A DNA stretch of 25,353 bases from Leptospirales bacterium (GCA_036170535.1 JAVHPJ010000238.1:1-25353), one strand, 5' to 3'; positions 1-9,138 are shown, numbered from the stretch's first letter. A program made the numbers and translations. The notes: generated by a model not told the origin, from the letters alone.

Positions 1-1473
1 TCTTACGCGTATTTTCGCTGCTCATGTAGCGAATCTGGCCAAAGATCGGCCGTTCGCCCCAGGGCCGATCAAAGCGCCCCAGGGTCCAGAATATGCCGCT
101 GTAGCTGTTTGGATTGCGTCCGTCGATGGAGTACTTGTTGTTCAGCTGGATGAGCGCCGCCAGCGCAGCGCGTGGATCGGGCGTCCACTCCAGGATTTTT
201 TTGCCCCATAACATTCGCAGATAGTTGTGGATAACACCGTCGCGCCGCAGTTGGCGCTGGGCGGCGTTCCAGATCTCGTCGTGCGTTTCCGCCGCCTCCA
301 ATTGCTCCAGCGTGTACAGCTGCGGCCGCGGGTCGGTCGCGTGTTGGTCGAGGGTGGCGCGCGCCCAATCGGGCAGCGATTCGTAGCGATCGTACTCCGG
401 CGTGTGAAAGCAGAAATGATAGCCGACTTCGCGCCAGGTTAAGGCCTCGTCGAGGAACGCTTCAATGCTGGCGGCGCCCTGAAAAAAACCGCGCGAGCCG
501 TTATTGTATTTCGCCTGCGCAAGACTCCAGCCGGGCTTCTGCCTCGCGAAGCAGCTTTCCAGCGCGTCAAAAATGGAAACCTTGCCAAAGTGGAAGTAGG
601 GGCTCAGACCGCTGGAACGATTGGCGTCCGGGTCGTTGCGCTCGTCGGCGTATTTGCTTAAGTCGTTGTCGGCGAAGGCTTGCAGGCGCGCGAGGCCCGC
701 CGCGCGCGTCCCTTCAATTGCGAGGGCGCCGACGCTCTGATCGATGGGCAGATCGAGCAGAGTGCGATCGATGGCGTCGAGCGCAGGGCCGGCGGCGGGC
801 CAGCGTGCGAGCGTTTCTTCGTTCGGCCCCGCAGTCGTTCGATTCCGCAGTTCATCCAGCGGATTGGCCGCCGGTCGACGCTCGTAACATTCCAGAAAGT
901 TTTTCTGCAGCGTTCGGCGAAACACGTAGGCCGAGTAGGGCGCGCGTTCGCTGAGTTGCATTGGAATTACGCCGTTGGCGTCCACGGTCGCGAAGGGAAC
1001 CTGGATGCGTTTTGCCAGTGCAGCGTTGTGCCCGGAAATAATATAGACCGGGAATTCATCGGAGATTACCAGACAGGCGTCCCGACTCAGCGTTTCCAGC
1101 AGTCCAGTACCCGCGCCGGGGCGGGGTTCCACGTACGGATAGTAGTTCAGTCGATCGCGCCGGGCAAGCGCGCGATGTTCCTGCATGCCTTCGAGCAAAA
1201 ACTTATGGAAGCGCGCGCTCGCCCAGGGATAGTCGGCGCGCACCGCTTCGAAGATCAGTAGAGGCTTGTTGAGCAGATTGGCCCAGGCGACGGCGTATTC
1301 GAGGGCGTGGTTATAATGCAGACGGCGATTAATCTGCATCCAGTACACCACGTAGCGACCGTCGCGGTTCGGCGCGCCTGGCCGGCGCACGAACAGGCGC
1401 AGGCTGTTGATGTTGCGGTATTGGCCAGGTTGCAGCTCGAGCGGCTCGGCGGCGGTCTGAGGTTCGAATGACA
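1..1473 (-). CDS. phr: Deoxyribodipyrimidine photolyase, class II (CPD photolyase). Partial: the C-terminus lies beyond the left window edge.
   Basis: The minus-frame translation starts MSFEPQTAAEPLELQPGQYRNINSLRLFVRRPGAPNRDGRYVVYWMQINRRLHYNHALEYA and ends GVIHNYLRMLWGKKILEWTPDPRAALAALIQLNNKYSIDGRNPNSYSGIFWTLGRFDRPWGERPIFGQIRYMSSENT. Both ends match the conserved N- and C-terminal blocks of class II CPD photolyases (VVYWM..DN.AL; LRMYWAKKILEW; LDGRDPNGY.GI.W; IRYMS). The ATG is at 1471-1473 (minus). The frame is open to position 1, 491 codons in all. The ORF track misses it because it runs off the edge. Confidence 0.85.
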
Positions 1474-1564
1474 TGCTATAGAATAGGAAAAACCAGTCGC
1501 GCGGGCGAAACTTTCCCTGCAAAATCGCTTGCTTCCCGCGCAGCGCCGGGCCCTGTTCAGCCCT

Positions 1565-2638
1565 ATGTTCGGAATTCGCTTTGTTAAGTTCAAGCCCTCG
1601 GAGTATGCAATTCTCTTTCGTCGCGGGTCGGTCATCAAACAGGGAGCCGGGCTTTCCTTCTTCTACTACGCGCCATCGGCGTCTTTGGTAAACCTGCCCG
1701 CGGACAGCCGCGACGCTCAGTTTATTTTTCAGGAAACAACCAACGATTTCCAGTCCATCGATATTCAAGGTCAGATCACGTTTCGAGTGCAGGATCCGCC
1801 CAGGCTGGCGTCCATGCTGGACTTTACCATCGATGCGCAGGGTCGCCTTACCGGCGACGGACCGGAAAAACTGCCCGTGCGCCTGACGAACCTGGTGCAG
1901 GTTCTGCTGCGCGAAAAACTCTCGGCGCTGTCGCTGCGCGCCAGTCTGGCTGCCGGGCCCGAGTTGGTGACACACCTGCGCGCGCGGCTGAAAGATGCGC
2001 CGGCGATTGTGGAACTCGGCCTGGAAGTGCTGGACGTGACGATTCTACGCATCAGTCCCACGCCGGAAATGGCGCGCGCCTTTGAGGCTGCAGCCCGCGA
2101 GACCTTGCTCAAAGAAGCCGACGAGGCGATCTACATGCGACGCAACTTCGCCGTTGAGCAGGAGCGCAAAATCAAAGAAAACGAATTACAAACGCAGATC
2201 GCCGTAGAACAGAAGAACCGTCAGATTCGCGAAGAACAAATGCGCGCAGAAATCGCGGTTCAGGAGCAGCAGAAGCTCATCGAAGAAAAGAAGATGGAAA
2301 CGCAGGAGCTGGTGGAACGCCGGCGCTCGGAAATCGCCGCCCAGCAGCTGGACGCGGAAGCGAAACGCGAAGTTGAGCGCAAACGCCTGGTCGCTGCGGA
2401 AAACGAAAACGCCATCGCCCGCGCGCGTGCAAATGCGGAAGGCATCAAGCTCGAACTCCAGTCCTTGAGCGGTCTCGCCCCGGAACTTCTGGAAGTGCTG
2501 GCCCTGCATGGATTGGATGCGCGCACCTTAATCAGCCGCGCGGTGCGCGAGCTGGCGAACAATTCGTCCAAAATCGGCACGCTGAATTTGAGCCCCGATC
2601 TTTTGCAGTCGCTGATCGATTCGAATGGAAATCGATAA
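1565..2638 (+). CDS. SPFH / band-7 (flotillin- or YqiK-like) membrane scaffold protein
   Basis: The N-terminus MFGIRFVKFKPSEYAILFRRGSVIKQGAGLSFFYYAPSASLVNL is a typical SPFH core. The C-terminal half is an E/A/Q/R-rich coiled coil (IAVEQKNRQIREEQMRAEIAVQEQQKLIEEKK...) as in flotillins. The first in-frame ATG is at 1565. The ORF track starts at a TTG at 1529. Confidence 0.8.
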   Translation: MFGIRFVKFKPSEYAILFRRGSVIKQGAGLSFFYYAPSASLVNLPADSRDAQFIFQETTNDFQSIDIQGQITFRVQDPPRLASMLDFTIDAQGRLTGDGPEKLPVRLTNLVQVLLREKLSALSLRASLAAGPELVTHLRARLKDAPAIVELGLEVLDVTILRISPTPEMARAFEAAARETLLKEADEAIYMRRNFAVEQERKIKENELQTQIAVEQKNRQIREEQMRAEIAVQEQQKLIEEKKMETQELVERRRSEIAAQQLDAEAKREVERKRLVAAENENAIARARANAEGIKLELQSLSGLAPELLEVLALHGLDARTLISRAVRELANNSSKIGTLNLSPDLLQSLIDSNGNR

Positions 2639-3563
2639 GATCATTCTGGTTACGCGACCCACGCGGCTGGAAGACGCGAGCCGTCGCTACAACACCAAAT
2701 CGCAGGCGAAATTCTTTGTTCAGAGCCGCGGGCAGAGTTTTGATGACTACGAACGCGAAGACGAAAACTACGCGCGCGCACGCGATCTGACGCTTAAGGC
2801 CTTCCCGGCCGATGCGCGCGTGCAGGTAGTGGACCGCAGTTTTTTGCCGAATTTGCTGTTTGGTCCGCGTGATCTGGTCGTCACGTTGGGCCAGGACGGG
2901 CTGGTGGTGAACGCCGCGAAGTATCTGGACGGCCAGCCGATCCTTGCAATCAATCCCGATCCGGCGCGTTTTGACGGAGTGCTTCTGCCCTTTCGACCGG
3001 AAGACGCTTTTGACGCCGTTGTGCGCCTGCAGGAGGATCGCCTGGCCGAGCGCAGCATTTCCATGGCGCGCGTGGACTTAAACGACGGCCAGAAGCTCTA
3101 CGCATTTAATGATTTTTTTATCGGGGCGCGTTCGCATATCAGTGCGCGCTACACCCTGCATTATCGTAAAAAGACCGAGCGACACAGCTCGAGCGGCCTC
3201 ATCGTATCGACGCCCGCCGGCAGCACGGGCTGGCTTTCGTCCATGTTCAACATGGCGCGGGGCGTGGCCGGATTCGCTGGCGTGAAGGGACTTGAGCCGG
3301 TGCAGCCTCGTGCCATCGCGTGGGAAGAGCGGCGGCTCGTTTTTGTTGTCCGGGAACCGTTTCGCAGCAACTGGAGCGGCGCGGATCTTGTCGCCGGCGA
3401 TATTGGCGAGCGCGACGAGCTGCGCATCGAAAGCCATATGCCGGAGAGCGGGGTCATTTTTTCCGACGGCATGGAAGCGGACTTCCTGGAGTTTAATTCG
3501 GGCGCAACGGCGGTGGTGAAACTTGCAGAAAAAACTACGCGCTTGCTCTTGCCGCGCTCATGA
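2625..3563 (+). CDS. NAD-kinase-fold (ATP-NAD kinase / DAGK-catalytic-like superfamily) protein, possibly divergent
   Basis: GQDGLVVNAAKYL sits in the place of the GGDGT motif. GLIVSTPAGSTGWLSSM matches the NAD-kinase C-terminal block DG.IVSTPTGSTAYSLSAGGP. The ATG at 2625 overlaps the SPFH stop at 2636-2638 by 14 nt, which suggests translational coupling. Confidence 0.55.
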   Translation: MEIDKIILVTRPTRLEDASRRYNTKSQAKFFVQSRGQSFDDYEREDENYARARDLTLKAFPADARVQVVDRSFLPNLLFGPRDLVVTLGQDGLVVNAAKYLDGQPILAINPDPARFDGVLLPFRPEDAFDAVVRLQEDRLAERSISMARVDLNDGQKLYAFNDFFIGARSHISARYTLHYRKKTERHSSSGLIVSTPAGSTGWLSSMFNMARGVAGFAGVKGLEPVQPRAIAWEERRLVFVVREPFRSNWSGADLVAGDIGERDELRIESHMPESGVIFSDGMEADFLEFNSGATAVVKLAEKTTRLLLPRS

Positions 3564-3593
3564 AGTCCCATTCAGCCCGCGTTGGACGCTGCG

Positions 3594-4868
3594 TCACAAA
3601 CAGGTCAGCCGAAACACGAGTAAATTGGTCGTCCCGGCGTATACCGCAATCGCCGGAATGTAAACATCTCCGCCGGCGTTCAGCGCAGGATAAGCGAAGG
3701 ACGATACGTTGACGCCATCAATGCGCGCGCGCACGCCTAGATTCCAGGTCAGTCCATTGTCCCGACTGCGACGCAAGGTCGCCTGGATGTCGCCGGCCGC
3801 CGGGCCCACGAACCCCGCGCTGAATAAAGAGTTGCTTGCGTCGCGTAAGCGCGCCCCGCCGAGGCTGCGCGCGAAGGCCTGTTCGGCAAAGTCGTTTACC
3901 GGATTGTATGCGAGACCGCCGTCGAAGCTGGTGCGCACAAAGCCGCTCGATCCGGCCCCTATGTCCACGTATCCGCCGACCAGCAGCAGACTATCATCCG
4001 CCAGAAGCGACGTGATCTCCGTCCCGGTCGCTCCGGGCGGCGTGAAGGAGTCAAAGTCCGCCCAGGTTGCGCCCTGATCTGTCGAGAGTCGGAGGGTATA
4101 GGTCGGGCTGGCTGTATCGAGTCGCCCGGCCACGTAAACGCGGCCCCGATGCGTCGCGACGCGCGTCGGTTTGGGCGCGGTCGTCAGGAAAGAGTCGACT
4201 GTACTGAATGATACGCCGCCGTCAATGCTCCGACGTACGATCCAGTAGTTGGAAACTCCATCGGCGGCGGCCCCCGCAACGTAAACGATTCCCGCGCTAT
4301 CGACATGGACGGCCGTAGCGGCTGAGTTGTTCGCCGTAGCTAACTGAAAATCATCGACAGTTTGCCAGGAGAGGCCGCCGTCCAGACTGCGTCGTACGAT
4401 CCAGCGGTCATTACTCCCGGCGTCATTGCCGGCCCCTGCGACATAAACAGCCCCGTCCGGCGCCGCCGCGATATCCGCGGGCCGTGCATTGTTTCCGCCG
4501 GGATAAATATAGTCATCCACAGTGCTCCAGCCGGCGCCGGAGTTCGCGCCGGCGCGCACAATCCAGCGCTGCGTCCCGGGCTGTACGCGCGCTGCAATCA
4601 ACGGCGTCCCGCGCGCTACGACGGAGCCGACCGGGTCCAGCGCGGTGGACGCAGGATACGCGAATTGATCCAGACGTTCCTGACCTTTCGGATAGGTGCA
4701 GAACGGAGTGTACAGCAAAGTTGCCAGCGGGTTGCATGCGACATCGCTGTCGTTGCAGGGCTTCTCCTGACAGGCGGGGGCGAATACCAGAAGAACTGCA
4801 AGTATTCCGACGAAACGCAGACGGTCTTGTCCGCTTGCAACTGTGCTCCTGCGCACATCAGGGCGCAT
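3594..4868 (-). CDS. Secreted protein or lipoprotein with BNR/Asp-box repeats (sialidase-like beta-propeller fold)
   Basis: Repeated WIVRRS(L/I)DGG(L/V)S(W/F)xTVD, STDQGATW and SRDNGLTW are Asp-box S-x-D-x-G-x-T-W motifs. The N-terminus MRPDVRRSTVASGQDRLRFVGILAVLLVFAPAC is a signal peptide with a Cys-containing cleavage region. The ATG is at 4866-4868. The ORF track extends it upstream to 4982 without a better start. Confidence 0.6.
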   Translation of the reverse strand: MRPDVRRSTVASGQDRLRFVGILAVLLVFAPACQEKPCNDSDVACNPLATLLYTPFCTYPKGQERLDQFAYPASTALDPVGSVVARGTPLIAARVQPGTQRWIVRAGANSGAGWSTVDDYIYPGGNNARPADIAAAPDGAVYVAGAGNDAGSNDRWIVRRSLDGGLSWQTVDDFQLATANNSAATAVHVDSAGIVYVAGAAADGVSNYWIVRRSIDGGVSFSTVDSFLTTAPKPTRVATHRGRVYVAGRLDTASPTYTLRLSTDQGATWADFDSFTPPGATGTEITSLLADDSLLLVGGYVDIGAGSSGFVRTSFDGGLAYNPVNDFAEQAFARSLGGARLRDASNSLFSAGFVGPAAGDIQATLRRSRDNGLTWNLGVRARIDGVNVSSFAYPALNAGGDVYIPAIAVYAGTTNLLVFRLTCL

Positions 4869-5187
4869 ATTGTCCGACTTCGAATCCCCGCAAGAGCAGC
4901 GCCGCACGCCGCGAATGCGCCTGGTTGCGCCCATCCTTATCTTGCCAGCCGCTGGATGCGTCGCGCCCGCACCACTGCGCAAGATCGTAGCCCAGGCGTC
5001 GGTGCTCGGCCAGATAGCCGCTCACATCGTAAACTTTCGAATCTATTTTAATCCAGCAATTGGCGACCGTGTTGTGTCCGGCGAGATCGCCTGCGCTGAT
5101 GCGGGGCGCCTCGGCGTCGTCGGCGGCGCAGCCGGCGAGGAGGGACAAGGGCAGCGTACTCAGAATCAATCTCAGGGAGCGGGTCAT
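4858..5187 (-). CDS. Cytochrome b5-like heme-binding domain lipoprotein
   Basis: MTRSLRLILSTLPLSLLAGC is a signal peptide with a canonical LAGC lipobox. HNTVANCWIKIDSKVYDVSGYLAEH ... AHS resembles the cytochrome b5-like core (H.....CW..I.GKVYDVT.F..EH) with two candidate His ligands, although the usual HPGG is absent. The ATG at 5185-5187 is preceded by AGGAG with an 8-nt spacer. It forms an ATGA overlap with the stop of the upstream gene. Confidence 0.55.
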   Translation of the reverse strand: MTRSLRLILSTLPLSLLAGCAADDAEAPRISAGDLAGHNTVANCWIKIDSKVYDVSGYLAEHRRLGYDLAQWCGRDASSGWQDKDGRNQAHSRRAALLLRGFEVGQYAP

Positions 5188-6344
5188 AGGAAAAACTCCT
5201 CCGTAAAGATGCGTTCGCTGCGCACGTCCGATTGCTGCAACTGCTTTCTTACGTACCGCATAAAACCGGCCGGTCCGCACACCAGGTACCTGGGGTTCTC
5301 CAGGTCGCGCGCTGCGGCGAGAATCGCGTCAAGGGCGGGCCGGGCGCCCGGCGCAACGATCTGCGTCGTCGATCGAAAATCGGCATGGACCGCGCTGGCG
5401 TCGGCGAGTTCGTCTTGCGCCACCGCCTCATCGGCCGCATTGACAAAGTAAAACAGAGCGGCGCGCTTGAAGTTCTTCACGGGCAGACAGCGCAGCCAGC
5501 CCAGAAAGGGCGCGACGCCCGCGCCGCCCGCGATCCAGATCTGGTCTTCTTCCGGCGCGACCGGCAGATCCGCGTACGGGCCGCTGAGCCATACCTCCGC
5601 ACCTGCGCTCAGACTTTGCAGTGCGCTGGTGTCATGACCCGCCGCTCTAATCAGCAGGCGGATTTCCGGACTGAAGCGGCACGAAGCGACCGAGAAGGGG
5701 TGCCACGCATGCGTAAAGCCCGGCCCCGTGAATCGCGCAAAGACCACGGACCCGGCCGCCGGACGCAGCCGACTGCGGGCGGGTTCGGCGGCGCGCAGCA
5801 CAAGTTCACTGAGACGGTTTGCCGGATGGTTCAGTTCCAGGATCAGAAATCGTTCGCGGGCGCCGGGAAAACGGCGGGCGAGGAAGAGCCAGACCAGCGC
5901 GGCCGCGCCGACGCCGATGGCGATCCAGTTAATCCAGACCGCGCTGCCGTCCGTAGGACCGTACAGCGCGGCGTGCAGCAGGCCGGCCGCGATCGCCGGC
6001 GCAAAAAGCAAGTGGAGCCTGAGCCAGTTAGCGTATTTCAGACGGCGCAGGTAACTTGCAGCGAAGGCGACTGCGAATAAGAGCGCCGCCGTCCACGCGG
6101 CAAGCAAACCAGCGTCGCGCCAGTCGAAAAACAGGGACCACAGGTCAGGCGGGGTTGCATAGAACTGCTGCGCGATGTGCAGAATCAACAGACCCAGCGC
6201 CGCGAGTCCGAGTCGGTGGTGCCAGCGAAACTGCGCCGGCAAACCGCCAAACCATGCAGCCAGCGTGCGTGTGCGCGCGGCGCTTGCCAGAGCAATCGCC
6301 AGACACAACACAAGCGACCAGGCGATCCACGCGGCGGATGTCAT
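5184..6344 (-). CDS. NOX / ferric-reductase-type flavocytochrome: ferric-reductase transmembrane domain with His-rich helices, fused to an FNR-like FAD- and NAD(P)H-binding domain
   Basis: The N-terminal multi-TM region has paired His residues (HHRLGLAALGLLILH; LHLLFAPAIAAGLLHAAL). HPFSVAS is the FAD-binding motif (HPFT-like). IAGGAGVAPF is the G-G-x-G-x-x-P NAD(P)H motif. The C-terminal region ends CGPAGFM. The TGA stop overlaps the ATG of the b5-like gene. Confidence 0.75.
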   Translation of the reverse strand: MTSAAWIAWSLVLCLAIALASAARTRTLAAWFGGLPAQFRWHHRLGLAALGLLILHIAQQFYATPPDLWSLFFDWRDAGLLAAWTAALLFAVAFAASYLRRLKYANWLRLHLLFAPAIAAGLLHAALYGPTDGSAVWINWIAIGVGAAALVWLFLARRFPGARERFLILELNHPANRLSELVLRAAEPARSRLRPAAGSVVFARFTGPGFTHAWHPFSVASCRFSPEIRLLIRAAGHDTSALQSLSAGAEVWLSGPYADLPVAPEEDQIWIAGGAGVAPFLGWLRCLPVKNFKRAALFYFVNAADEAVAQDELADASAVHADFRSTTQIVAPGARPALDAILAAARDLENPRYLVCGPAGFMRYVRKQLQQSDVRSERIFTEEFFL

Positions 6345-6359
6345 GACCGCTGGGCCTGA

Positions 6360-8387
6360 TCAGAAACGACGCAGGGAGTAGGTCAGCTCCATCATCAGTT
6401 TGTCAATGTTCACGCCGGCGACGGCGATCTGATAAATCGACCAGGCGATCGGATATTGTTCCGGGTCGAGTTGAATCAGCCCGGGCAAATAACGCAGGCC
6501 GATAATGCCCGACGATTTTTGCTCCGGCTTTACGCGTCCGTAGATGAAGTCGTGGCCGTATTGGCGGTCGCGCGCGTCCTGACCAAAGCAACTCAACATG
6601 AGATCCGTAAGGCCCGAGAGTCCGTCGAAGGTGCTCTCCACGCCGCCCAGGGCGACGCCGATCTTTTTCATTTCACGGAAGACCCGATTGGAAAGATGAA
6701 AAAGCGAGTTGTCTGAGTTGCCGCCAAGGTTTTTTTCATAGTAACCGTCGAGCAGGCCCATGCCCAGGGCGTAAATATTTTTCAACGCGCCGCCCAGCTG
6801 CACTCCGCGCACATCCTGCGGATTTACGGCGCGTCGCGTGAAAACATACCCGGTGCTGAACAAACGCGCCAGGTGATCCACCATGTCGGAGTTGTGCGCC
6901 GCCGCCTCGAAGCCGCTGATTTTGCGCTCCATAATCTGTTCCGGATAGTTTGCGCCGGCGAGCACAGCCAGGCGCGACGGATCCAGGCCGTAGATTTTCT
7001 CAAGGTCGTCAAGGATGAGGCCGTGTTTTGATCCGGTGAATCCTTTCACAATGTTTACGATCGGACCCGTGGTGCGCTGGAGCGCAGCTTTCACCTTGCT
7101 GTAGTACTCTTCAAGCTCCCACGGGCGCGCCGCCTGGACGATGATCGTGCTTTCAGCGATATCGTCGGGATTGGATGTGAATTCGATATTGGGCGGCAGT
7201 TTGAACAGCGGATAATAATCCGCGTCAATAGCGCGTTCGTTGAAGTATTCAACCTTCTCCGTTTCCGGAATCCAGATTTTGACAGCCACCTTTTTGTTCG
7301 CCAGCACGGCGGCGGCGGCGGTCCCGTACGGGCTGTGGCCGATTATGGCGATTTTTTCGACCGGCGCTTCCGCGCGTGAGATAAGCGTGTTCTGCCCGAC
7401 TGCGTCGCCCTGATACAGGTTGCGGTACGCGCCGTGACGATGACGATGCAGGTTCTGGCCGATGAGCAGCGCGAGGTTGTCGATGACGAACTGCTTCTTG
7501 TCGCCGCCTTCCGGCATTTCGAGGCGTTCGACGTAGTCCGGCAGATCCGGCATAAGCTTTTTCGACAGCTCGCCGACCAGGGTCGGTTTGCCGATGCTCA
7601 GTTTTCCATATGCGGCGTTAAACAGAAAGCCTTCCGTCGGCAGCACTTCTTCCGTGCCCTGCAACGAAACGGGAATGATGATCTTATTTGCAACATAGTG
7701 ATACACTGTGTCGACGAATGCAATCAGCTTGCCGGTGCGACTGCGCGTGCCTTCCGGGAAGACGGCGATCACCTTGCCGTCTTTCTGGAGTTGTTGCGCA
7801 TGGCGGAAGCTGCGCATGTTGATGCGCGTCATCAGATCCGCCTGACCGGGATTGTCCTGCATGTCGCGTTTGGAACACACCAGCAGCGAGTCGATCATGT
7901 ACAGACCGAGTCGCGTAAAGTCCGGTTCAAATGCCAGACGTCCGGCGATGAATACCAGGCTGTCCGCCAGTTTGCGCGCGTCGCCGCCCTCGCGGTACAG
8001 CAGATTGTAGATGGCCGCAGTATCAAAGTGGCTCAGGTGATTGGATATGAGCACCAGCGGGAACCTGCCCAGAAGAGGAACAATAAGCGAAAGATTCTCT
8101 TTGCCTTCGATCGTGAAGTTGCGCATCAGGGGATCAAAGAACTGGACCATAAAGTCGCGCAGAAAGGGCACCTTCTGGGTGTACACGCCGACCCGTTCGA
8201 GCGCGCTTTCGTCGCGCAGGCTTTCCATGACTTTCGGCATGGGCGTTTCGCTGGAGAGTTTAAGAAAGTTTACAAGCAGTTCCTTCGCGCGGCTTTCTTC
8301 AACGCCGTATTTGACAAAGGATTCGATGTTCTTGAAGAATTCGCGCTGCCAGGGGGCGCTGAAGCCGGCTTCGGTTTTTTCGCTCAT
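6360..8387 (-). CDS. Fusion protein: N-terminal lysophospholipid/glycerol-3-phosphate acyltransferase (PlsC-like LPLAT) and C-terminal NAD(P)H-dependent glycerol-3-phosphate dehydrogenase (GpsA-like)
   Basis: The N-half has NHLSHFD (the H-x4-D acyltransferase block I) and VFPEGTRSRTG (block III). The C-half has KIAIIGHSPYGTAAAAVLA (Rossmann), GGALKNIYALGMGLLDG, GLSGLTDLMLSCFG and ARDRQYG. These match the GpsA blocks GGALKNV.AIAAGI.DG, GLAGLGDLVLTC and SRNRRFG. The ATG at 8385-8387 (MSEKTEAGF...) has GAGG 7 nt upstream. The ORF track extends to 8426. Confidence 0.8.
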   Translation of the reverse strand: MSEKTEAGFSAPWQREFFKNIESFVKYGVEESRAKELLVNFLKLSSETPMPKVMESLRDESALERVGVYTQKVPFLRDFMVQFFDPLMRNFTIEGKENLSLIVPLLGRFPLVLISNHLSHFDTAAIYNLLYREGGDARKLADSLVFIAGRLAFEPDFTRLGLYMIDSLLVCSKRDMQDNPGQADLMTRINMRSFRHAQQLQKDGKVIAVFPEGTRSRTGKLIAFVDTVYHYVANKIIIPVSLQGTEEVLPTEGFLFNAAYGKLSIGKPTLVGELSKKLMPDLPDYVERLEMPEGGDKKQFVIDNLALLIGQNLHRHRHGAYRNLYQGDAVGQNTLISRAEAPVEKIAIIGHSPYGTAAAAVLANKKVAVKIWIPETEKVEYFNERAIDADYYPLFKLPPNIEFTSNPDDIAESTIIVQAARPWELEEYYSKVKAALQRTTGPIVNIVKGFTGSKHGLILDDLEKIYGLDPSRLAVLAGANYPEQIMERKISGFEAAAHNSDMVDHLARLFSTGYVFTRRAVNPQDVRGVQLGGALKNIYALGMGLLDGYYEKNLGGNSDNSLFHLSNRVFREMKKIGVALGGVESTFDGLSGLTDLMLSCFGQDARDRQYGHDFIYGRVKPEQKSSGIIGLRYLPGLIQLDPEQYPIAWSIYQIAVAGVNIDKLMMELTYSLRRF

Positions 8388-8608
8388 AGAGGCCTCACGG
8401 TGCGCGGCACGCGAAGGGGCGGGCAATACTTTTTTTGATTGAAGGGATCGGTTAGCTGCGCCCGCGCTTATGTGCGCCGCACCAGATTCGCCTCGGCGCG
8501 CTGCAGCGCTGCGCCCGTGCAGGCCAGCGTCCGGGGCGCGTCCGCGCCGACGCTCTCGAATCTGCGCTTTCCGCTCAACTGATTTCGGGAATGGCCGAAA
8601 TAGAAGGC

Positions 8609-9103
8609 ATGCGTACGTCCCTCCTCTTAGCCAGTCTCATGCTCCTGTCCCTCAACGCCGCCTGCAAGGGCGAAACATCCGGTCAGACGGAGGCCAGCGG
8701 CATGCCGGAGTCCGCGTTACGCGAGGGCTTTATCGTGACCGCGGGCGACGAGACGCGCGGACTGGTGCATCACTTTTGTGCGGACGGAAGTTATCTCGAA
8801 GAAACGTCGGTTGCGGCGGCGGACGGGGCGCAGGACTCCGTTTGCGGTGACTTGCGCCAGGGCGTGTGGAAGCTGGAGAACGACGCTCTGACCGTGCGCG
8901 TTGAACAGACTTGCCGGAGCGGCGATGCGCGCAACTGTCAGCCGGTCGCTTGCAAGCCTGCGCCGGAAAACGTCGCGCGTACGCTTTTTGACGCCGCCAG
9001 TATGCGGCAGTTGCGGGCAAGCGGCGTGGTCGAGAGCGTCGACAGTCCGGTGCTGCCCACTTACTCGTCCATCGAGAGCTCCGACTTCTGCAAACAGGAT
9101 TGA
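8609..9103 (+). CDS. Hypothetical Cys-rich lipoprotein
   Basis: MRTSLLLASLMLLSLNAAC is a signal peptide followed by Cys. The mature part has six or more Cys (CADG..., VCGD, CRSGDARNCQPVACKP, FCKQD) and no recognisable domain. An alternative ATG at 8591 would add MAEIEG. Confidence 0.5.
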   Translation: MRTSLLLASLMLLSLNAACKGETSGQTEASGMPESALREGFIVTAGDETRGLVHHFCADGSYLEETSVAAADGAQDSVCGDLRQGVWKLENDALTVRVEQTCRSGDARNCQPVACKPAPENVARTLFDAASMRQLRASGVVESVDSPVLPTYSSIESSDFCKQD

Positions 9104-9109
9104 CAGTTT

Positions 9110-9138
9110 GCGCGACTGCGAGAAATCTGCAGTCGCGC
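9110..9138 (+). terminator. GC-rich hairpin (10-bp stem GCGCGACTGC / GCAGTCGCGC, 9-nt loop) 7 nt after the lipoprotein stop. Possible intrinsic terminator with a weak U-tract.
   Basis: It is a perfect inverted repeat followed by TCTGCACTTTG. The U-tract is poor, so confidence is low. Confidence 0.3.

Noticed and set aside
680-1261. 193-aa plus-strand ORF, along with the 69-368 and 658-855 minus-frame ORFs, inside the photolyase region
   Set aside because: They are out of frame with or antisense to the photolyase gene. The photolyase gene explains the whole interval 1-1473 with strong conserved blocks.
1455-1478. tRNA-like T-loop motif GGTTCGAAT at the photolyase start
   Set aside because: The flanks do not pair. 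The sequence after the loop is GACAT, not the complement of GAGG, and no acceptor or anticodon arms can be formed. It is simply coding sequence around the start codon.
5232-6080. 282-aa plus-strand ORF antisense to the NOX-type gene. The cluster 4362-5051 and 4484-4990 is similarly antisense to the Asp-box lipoprotein.
   Set aside because: The opposite-strand genes carry clear motifs. These ORFs are Arg-rich with no domains.
7434-8438. 334-aa plus-strand ORF antisense to the acyltransferase-GpsA fusion gene
   Set aside because: It overlaps a gene with strong family motifs on the opposite strand. The translation is low-complexity, with no recognisable domain. Long antisense ORFs are expected in 60%-GC DNA.
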